A stretch of 64,000 nt of DNA, taken from NCBI GenBank assembly GCA_947493035.1, contig CANLOW010000003.1, positions 345,193 to 409,192 on the forward strand, written 5' to 3'. This document shows positions 58,213 through 64,000 of this stretch, piece by piece (position 1 is the first letter of the stretch; each line of letters opens with the position of its first letter). The position numbers were made by a program, and so were the translations under genes. The notes beneath the pieces were generated by a model, which worked only from the letters and a program-made list of their open reading frames with translations, was not told the DNA's origin and did not search any database. This stretch comes from an uncultured Aquimarina sp. Lineage in GTDB: Bacteria > Bacteroidota > Bacteroidia > Flavobacteriales > Flavobacteriaceae.

Positions 58213-61200
58213 ATGAAACAGCTATACCTTTTTACATTTTTTTTATTCTTATTTTCTTCGATTCAAGCGCAATTTGAATTTCACGTTAGAACTACGGAAC
58301 CCAACGAAAATTTTACGATTCCTACTAAGCCAGGGGAAAGCTATAACTATCAAGTAAGGTATTTAAGACACAATGATCCTTTTACGCCTGTTACAACCTC
58401 AAACAATAGAACAGGAAATGTTCAAGTTACTTTTAGGGATCCTGGAATACATAAAATTACAATCTTAAGAAGTATAGGAGACTTCTCAAATGACCCTTAT
58501 TTTCCTGCTATATATTTTAATAATTCTGGAGATAAGCACAAGATTGTTTCCATTGATAAATGGGGAAATAACCGATGGTTAATCATGGAAAATGCTTTCT
58601 ATGGATGTGAAAATTTAGAAGTCAATGCAACAGATGCTCCTAATCTATCACAAGCCACTTCTCTAGAAAATATGTTTCGAGATTGTCCTTTAGTAGACTT
58701 TAGTTTGGCCAATTGGGGAGTAAACAACGTTACCAATATGAGTGGTATGTTTACAGGAGGAAGACTATCTACAGATAATTACGACGCTACTTTAAACGCT
58801 TGGGCTGCTCTAAATTTAGCATCAAATGTAACCTTCGATGCAGGAGCGAGTGCCTATTGTATGGCAACGGCAGCTCATAATACTTTGACTAATAATTCAG
58901 GTAATAACTGGACTATAAATGATGGAGGAAAAGTATGCGAAGATGACAAGTTTATCACCACTTGGGAAACGACCTCAGCAAATGAAATCATTGAGCTTCC
59001 CTTTCCCAGAAGAAGAAGTACTGTTGTTTACAATTATACCATAGAATGGGGAGATGGAACGGTGACTTATAGCCCCTCAAGTAATGCTTTACATGTATAT
59101 GAGAACGCAGGAATGCACAAGATAAAAATTTCTGGTACTTTTCCTCCGTTTCATTTTGCTCGTTCAAGTATGAATGAAAAAATAAAGGCTATTGATCAAT
59201 GGGGGTCTTTAGCTTGGGAAACTTTGGAAAGTGCTTTTACAAACTGTTTCTATTTAGATATACTGGCTACAGATACTCCAAATATTTCCAATGTAGATAG
59301 TATGTATGAAGCCTTTACAAATTGTAGGACCTTAGGGACCGCTAACAGTTTAGATTTTTCAGGTTGGAATACCAGTAATGTTACAGATATGGAGGGTACC
59401 TTTTCTGGAGCCTCTAAATTTAATACTGCAACCATTCAAAATTGGAACCTTTCTAGTCTTACTACTGCTAAAAAAATGTTGAATAACACAGGTCTTTCTA
59501 TAGAAAATTATGATAAAATTTTACAAGGTTGGGCAACATTATCAGGTAGAGAAAGTAGAATTCCTAGAAATATAACATTAGGGGCTTTAAATGTGGGTTA
59601 TGGAAACCCTACTTATCGCGATATTTTAAGAAACACCTATGCCTGGACTTTTCAAAGGGATATTTACCAAGGTATAGAAGAAGATAAATTCATCACCAGA
59701 TGGACCGTAACCACCGATGATTTAAGTATTCCGATCTACATGTTGGACACCGATAATAATTATACCGTAGATTGGGGAGACAAGACTATTGAATCTGGAT
59801 TTACAGGCAGTACATCACATTCCTACGATGCTCCAGGCACCTATACCGTAAAAATTTATGGGGATTTTTCTCAGATGTCTTTCTTTAACAGAGACGGAAA
59901 AGATAAAATCATCGCTATAGACCAATGGGGAACCAACAAATGGGAAGGTTTAATAGCTGCTTTTTCAGGATGTTCTAATGTAAAGCTTTATGCTACAGAT
60001 GTTCCAGATTTATCCGAGGCTACAAGCATAGTACAAGCATTCCAAAATGCAACAGCCTTTGAAGATGTAAACAATTCATTAAAAGATTGGGATGTACGTA
60101 CTATTACTAATTTTTCTAATTCTTTTGAAGGAACTAACATGAATAGCGACATCAGTGGTTGGAATATGGAGGCTGCCACAGAAATCATTAATATGTTTGC
60201 CAATAACTCAGTTTTTAACCAACCTATTGGCAATTGGACCTTTAACAACTTAGAGTTTTCTTTAGGCGTATTTAGGAATGCTACAAGTTTTAATCAAGAC
60301 CTTTCTAACTGGGATGTGAGTAAAGTAAGAAACTTTGAATCCATGTTTAACGGAGCAACAGCGTTTGACCAGAGTTTAGGAGACTGGGATATTAGCTCTG
60401 CACAAACAGGAGATTTTAGGGGTATGGATAATATGTTTGAAAATGCAGGGTTAAGCACTGCCAATTATGACGCTACCTTGTTAGGTTGGGCAAGCTTAGA
60501 TCCTGGAGAAACAAAAATTCCTACCGATATAATTTTAGATGCTGGAAATAGTACCTATTGTATAGGGGAAACATCTCGTCAAAATTTAACAACTAATCAA
60601 AACTGGGCGATTACAGATGCAGGTAGCGAATGTGATACGGTTGCCTTTACGACCACATGGGAAACCACTTCTCCCGATGAAAGTATCACTATTCCAACTA
60701 CAGGTACTGGCTACAATTACTCCATTGACTGGGGTGATGGTACTATTGGAAATAACCAAACCTCCGATGCGGTGCATCAGTATGATGAACCAAAACAATA
60801 TCAAATAAAGATATGGGGCGATTTTCCTAGAATACTTTTTAATAATAGTGGAGACAAAGAAAAAATTAAATCTATAGATCAATGGGGCTCCAATAAATGG
60901 AGTTCAATGGCTTTTGCTTTTTGGGGATGTAGTAATTTACAAATAAACGCTACAGACCACCCAGATTTTACGCAAACAACCAGTCTACGTAGTATGTTTA
61001 GAAATTGCTCATCAATCACCATACCAGATTTTTCATCTTGGAATGTATCGACCATTACAGCTATGGAAGCAATGTTTAGTGGGGCTTCTAATTTTAATGG
61101 AAATATTACCACTTGGGATGTGGGTTCAGTAATTGATTTTTCATCAACATTTGCATTTACAAATGTTTTTAATCAAGATATCAGTTCTTGGAATGTAGGT

Positions 61201-64000
61201 GAACATGTTTCTAATAGTGATTTTATTAATATGGACAGTATGTTTAGACGTGCTAGAGCATTTAATAGAGACCTAAGTAATTGGGATGTAAGTAAAGCAA
61301 ATACATTTTCTGATATGTTTAGAGATACCGAAGCTTTCGACCAACCTTTAGCTGATTGGGATATTTCGGGTCTATTTTCTAGTAATGCGCTGAATGATAT
61401 GTTTAGAAATACGGTGATTTCTAGAGAAAACTACGATGCAACACTTATAGGCTGGGCAACTCTAGACACAGGAGAAACACAGATTCCTAGGAGTATGACA
61501 CTAGGGGCTTACGAGCTATCTTACTGCCTGGCTGAAGATGCTAGAAACATCTTGAAAAACAGCCCCTACTTTTGGAATATAAACGATGCTGGAATTGATT
61601 GTGACGAGATCGCCTTTATCACCACTTGGGAAACCACCTCTCCCGATGAAAGTATCACTATTCCAACTACAGGTTCTGGATACAATTACTCCATTGACTG
61701 GGGTGATGGTACGATTGAAAATAACAAAACGAACAATGCAACACACCAATATGATACCCCTAAACAATATCAAATAAAGATATGGGGAGATTTTCCTAGA
61801 ATTTATTTTAGCAACTTGGCAGCTGATAAAGACAAAATTCTATCTATAGATCAATGGGGAACGATAAAATGGACCAGCATGCAAAATGCATTTTTTGGAT
61901 GTTCTAAGCTAACGATTGCTGATGGTGCTGGAGCACCAGATTTATCTAAGGTGACGGTCTTAAATAATATGTTTGCCGATTCTGGAATCAACACTACAGG
62001 AAATTTAAATAGTTGGGATGTAAGTAACGTTAGAAGTTTCTACAGAATGTTCATTTCGTGTCCTAACTTCAATCAACCGCTAGATCAATGGGATGTTTCT
62101 AATGCGGATAGTTTAAGAGGAATATTTCATCATGCCATCAATTTTAACCAAGATATTACTAGTTGGAATGTTGGAAAATGCAGAAACTTTTCAGAAATGT
62201 TTTTGACTGCAGATGATCGCACACACCTTTTCAATCAGGATATCAGCGGTTGGAATGTGGGTGAATTTGTAACCGATACGCAGAACATTGAAATGTATCG
62301 AATGTTTAAAAATGCTAAAAACTTTGATGCCGACCTTAGTGGTTGGGACGTAAGTCGTGTGACCAGCTTCTTTGAAATGTTTTACAACACTCTTAGTTTC
62401 GATTACAACCTTGGAAATTGGGACATCAGTAATGCCAGTGATATGGGGAAAATGTTCCAAGGGGTTACACTTTCCAAAGAAAATTACGATAATACCTTAA
62501 TCGGTTGGGCTACTTTGAGTCCATCGGAAACAGCAATCCCTAGCGATCTTACATTCGATGGAGGAAATAGCACCTATTGTTTTGGTGTAACTGCTAAAGA
62601 ATTATTGACTTCGGATACGTATAAATGGAATATCACAGATCAAGGAACCACTTGTAATAGTGCTGATTTTTTTAACACAACCTGGCAAACTACTTCACCT
62701 AACGAAAGTATTACCATACCCACCATAGAGGGGGGATACAATTATGATGTAGATTGGGGAGATGGAACTACAGGAGGTACATATACGGGAAACGCTATTC
62801 ATGAATACGCTACTGCTGGTATTTATGAAGTAAGAATAACAGGAGATTTTCCAAGAATTCACTTTGATAGTGCAAGAGACAAAGATAAAATTCAAAGTAT
62901 AGATCAATGGGGTAGTATTGTTTGGCAGTCGTTCGAAAGTGCTTTCCGAGGATGTACTAAATTAACTTACAATGCGACTGATGCACCAAATTTGAGTCAA
63001 GTAAAATCATTAGATAGAATGTTCAATGATTGCAATAGTTTTGATGCTGCTAATCTTAATGATTGGGAGGTAAGTACTGTTGAAAGTATGGAATTTTTGT
63101 TTTCTGGTGCAACAGTTTTCAATGGAATGATTGATCAATGGGACGTTAGTAAGGTTGAACAATTTGTGAATATGTTTAGTGATGCTTTAGCATTCAATCA
63201 AGATATTTCTAACTGGACTATTAATAATAATAAAAATGTTATAATGGCAGGAATGTTTGCCAGTACAGAAGTTTTTAATCAACCTATTGGAAAATGGGAT
63301 GTAAGCCGTGTTACTTCTGTTAAGGATATGTTTTTAAAATCAGAAGCTTTTGATTACTCATTAGCTTCTTGGGATATTTCTAATATGATTGATATGGGAA
63401 GCATGTTGGATCGTTCAGAATTCTCACAAGCAAATTATGACGCTACCTTAATCGGTTGGGCAACATTAGAAGATGGAGAGAGTAAAATACCAACAGGCAT
63501 AACTTTAGATGTCGATGCTACCTATTGTCTAGCAGAAGAAGTTAGAGCCCTACTTACAGGTGATACTTATAAGTGGACCATTAATGATGAAGGAAAATTG
63601 TGTGAATCAGATGCATTTATCACTACGTGGCAAATTAATAGCAGTAACGAAGAAATAGTGATTCCTGTTCCGGGTACTGGGTTGGATTTCGATGTCGATT
63701 GGGGCGATGGTATGATCACCAACGAATCTGAAGAAGCCTATCATACGTATGTATCACCAGGTACGTACACTATCCGTGTTTTGGGAGACTTTCAGCAGAT
63801 TCGTTTCAATGGAAATGCGGATCGCAGAAAAATCCTGACCATAGAACAATGGGGAAGTAATCAATGGACTTCCATGGAAAGTGCTTTTAAAGGATGTTCC
63901 TTGTTAGAAATAAACGCTAGAGACGTTCCTGATCTTAGCATTGCCACTTCTATGGAAAGTATGTTTGAAAATGGAGCTTGTATTGATAATGGCGGCAGTT
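58213..64000 (+). CDS. Giant BspA/DUF285-type modular surface protein, 3'-truncated by window (>1929 codons)
   Basis: MKQLYLFTFFLFLFSSIQAQ signal peptide; tandem modules FxTTW...YxIDWGDG...IDQWG...AFxGC...W(D/N)VSxVxxMxxMF...NYDATLxGW...YC; not in the ORF track, consistent with no in-window stop. Confidence 0.9.
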   Translation, partial: MKQLYLFTFFLFLFSSIQAQFEFHVRTTEPNENFTIPTKPGESYNYQVRYLRHNDPFTPVTTSNNRTGNVQVTFRDPGIHKITILRSIGDFSNDPYFPAIYFNNSGDKHKIVSIDKWGNNRWLIMENAFYGCENLEVNATDAPNLSQATSLENMFRDCPLVDFSLANWGVNNVTNMSGMFTGGRLSTDNYDATLNAWAALNLASNVTFDAGASAYCMATAAHNTLTNNSGNNWTINDGGKVCEDDKFITTWETTSANEIIELPFPRRRSTVVYNYTIEWGDGTVTYSPSSNALHVYENAGMHKIKISGTFPPFHFARSSMNEKIKAIDQWGSLAWETLESAFTNCFYLDILATDTPNISNVDSMYEAFTNCRTLGTANSLDFSGWNTSNVTDMEGTFSGASKFNTATIQNWNLSSLTTAKKMLNNTGLSIENYDKILQGWATLSGRESRIPRNITLGALNVGYGNPTYRDILRNTYAWTFQRDIYQGIEEDKFITRWTVTTDDLSIPIYMLDTDNNYTVDWGDKTIESGFTGSTSHSYDAPGTYTVKIYGDFSQMSFFNRDGKDKIIAIDQWGTNKWEGLIAAFSGCSNVKLYATDVPDLSEATSIVQAFQNATAFEDVNNSLKDWDVRTITNFSNSFEGTNMNSDISGWNMEAATEIINMFANNSVFNQPIGNWTFNNLEFSLGVFRNATSFNQDLSNWDVSKVRNFESMFNGATAFDQSLGDWDISSAQTGDFRGMDNMFENAGLSTANYDATLLGWASLDPGETKIPTDIILDAGNSTYCIGETSRQNLTTNQNWAITDAGSECDTVAFTTTWETTSPDESITIPTTGTGYNYSIDWGDGTIGNNQTSDAVHQYDEPKQYQIKIWGDFPRILFNNSGDKEKIKSIDQWGSNKWSSMAFAFWGCSNLQINATDHPDFTQTTSLRSMFRNCSSITIPDFSSWNVSTITAMEAMFSGASNFNGNITTWDVGSVIDFSSTFAFTNVFNQDISSWNVGEHVSNSDFINMDSMFRRARAFNRDLSNWDVSKANTFSDMFRDTEAFDQPLADWDISGLFSSNALNDMFRNTVISRENYDATLIGWATLDTGETQIPRSMTLGAYELSYCLAEDARNILKNSPYFWNINDAGIDCDEIAFITTWETTSPDESITIPTTGSGYNYSIDWGDGTIENNKTNNATHQYDTPKQYQIKIWGDFPRIYFSNLAADKDKILSIDQWGTIKWTSMQNAFFGCSKLTIADGAGAPDLSKVTVLNNMFADSGINTTGNLNSWDVSNVRSFYRMFISCPNFNQPLDQWDVSNADSLRGIFHHAINFNQDITSWNVGKCRNFSEMFLTADDRTHLFNQDISGWNVGEFVTDTQNIEMYRMFKNAKNFDADLSGWDVSRVTSFFEMFYNTLSFDYNLGNWDISNASDMGKMFQGVTLSKENYDNTLIGWATLSPSETAIPSDLTFDGGNSTYCFGVTAKELLTSDTYKWNITDQGTTCNSADFFNTTWQTTSPNESITIPTIEGGYNYDVDWGDGTTGGTYTGNAIHEYATAGIYEVRITGDFPRIHFDSARDKDKIQSIDQWGSIVWQSFESAFRGCTKLTYNATDAPNLSQVKSLDRMFNDCNSFDAANLNDWEVSTVESMEFLFSGATVFNGMIDQWDVSKVEQFVNMFSDALAFNQDISNWTINNNKNVIMAGMFASTEVFNQPIGKWDVSRVTSVKDMFLKSEAFDYSLASWDISNMIDMGSMLDRSEFSQANYDATLIGWATLEDGESKIPTGITLDVDATYCLAEEVRALLTGDTYKWTINDEGKLCESDAFITTWQINSSNEEIVIPVPGTGLDFDVDWGDGMITNESEEAYHTYVSPGTYTIRVLGDFQQIRFNGNADRRKILTIEQWGSNQWTSMESAFKGCSLLEINARDVPDLSIATSMESMFENGACIDNGGS

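Noticed and set aside
60617-61777. Track ORFs 60617..60808 and 61586..61777 (+) and antisense ORFs 59250-62907 with near-identical text
   Set aside because: Alternative-frame shadows of the giant frame-1 CDS; their similarity only reflects the duplicated module
1-64000. rRNA, tRNA, transposase, integrase, prophage, defence systems
   Set aside because: No recognisable sequences or ORFs of these classes found by eye; tRNAscan-SE and DefenseFinder would be needed to exclude them formally

Overview
AT-rich chromosomal window from a Flavobacteriaceae (Bacteroidota) bacterium, judged from TAnnTTTG promoters, a type IX secretion C-terminal domain, TonB-dependent receptors and gene content. About 1-31.4 kb is mostly core genome: rlmD (5'-truncated), priA, rny with 6S RNA and zapA, M23 peptidase, yggS, miaA, rel, fur and purA, with a few inserted secreted or outer-membrane genes. 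From about 31.5 kb it is accessory-rich: a modABC operon with a divergent unannotated 51-aa ORF, glmM, two LytS/LytTR two-component pairs each linked to a TonB-dependent receptor, small-molecule-modifying enzymes, a MerC-domain gene, and a 7TM-DISM/LuxR regulator. That regulator is divergent from a >1929-codon DUF285/BspA-type modular surface protein (58213 to the window end) that the ORF track misses. Non-coding structure includes two inverted heptamer-repeat elements, a MITE-like element with TIRs and a target duplication, two REP-like hairpin units, long perfect palindromes (20-6-20, 34 bp, 24-1-24) and candidate LytTR boxes. I found no rRNA, tRNA, CRISPR array, transposase, integrase or phage genes. 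Family and DUF names come from motif and synteny recognition by eye and need HMM confirmation.
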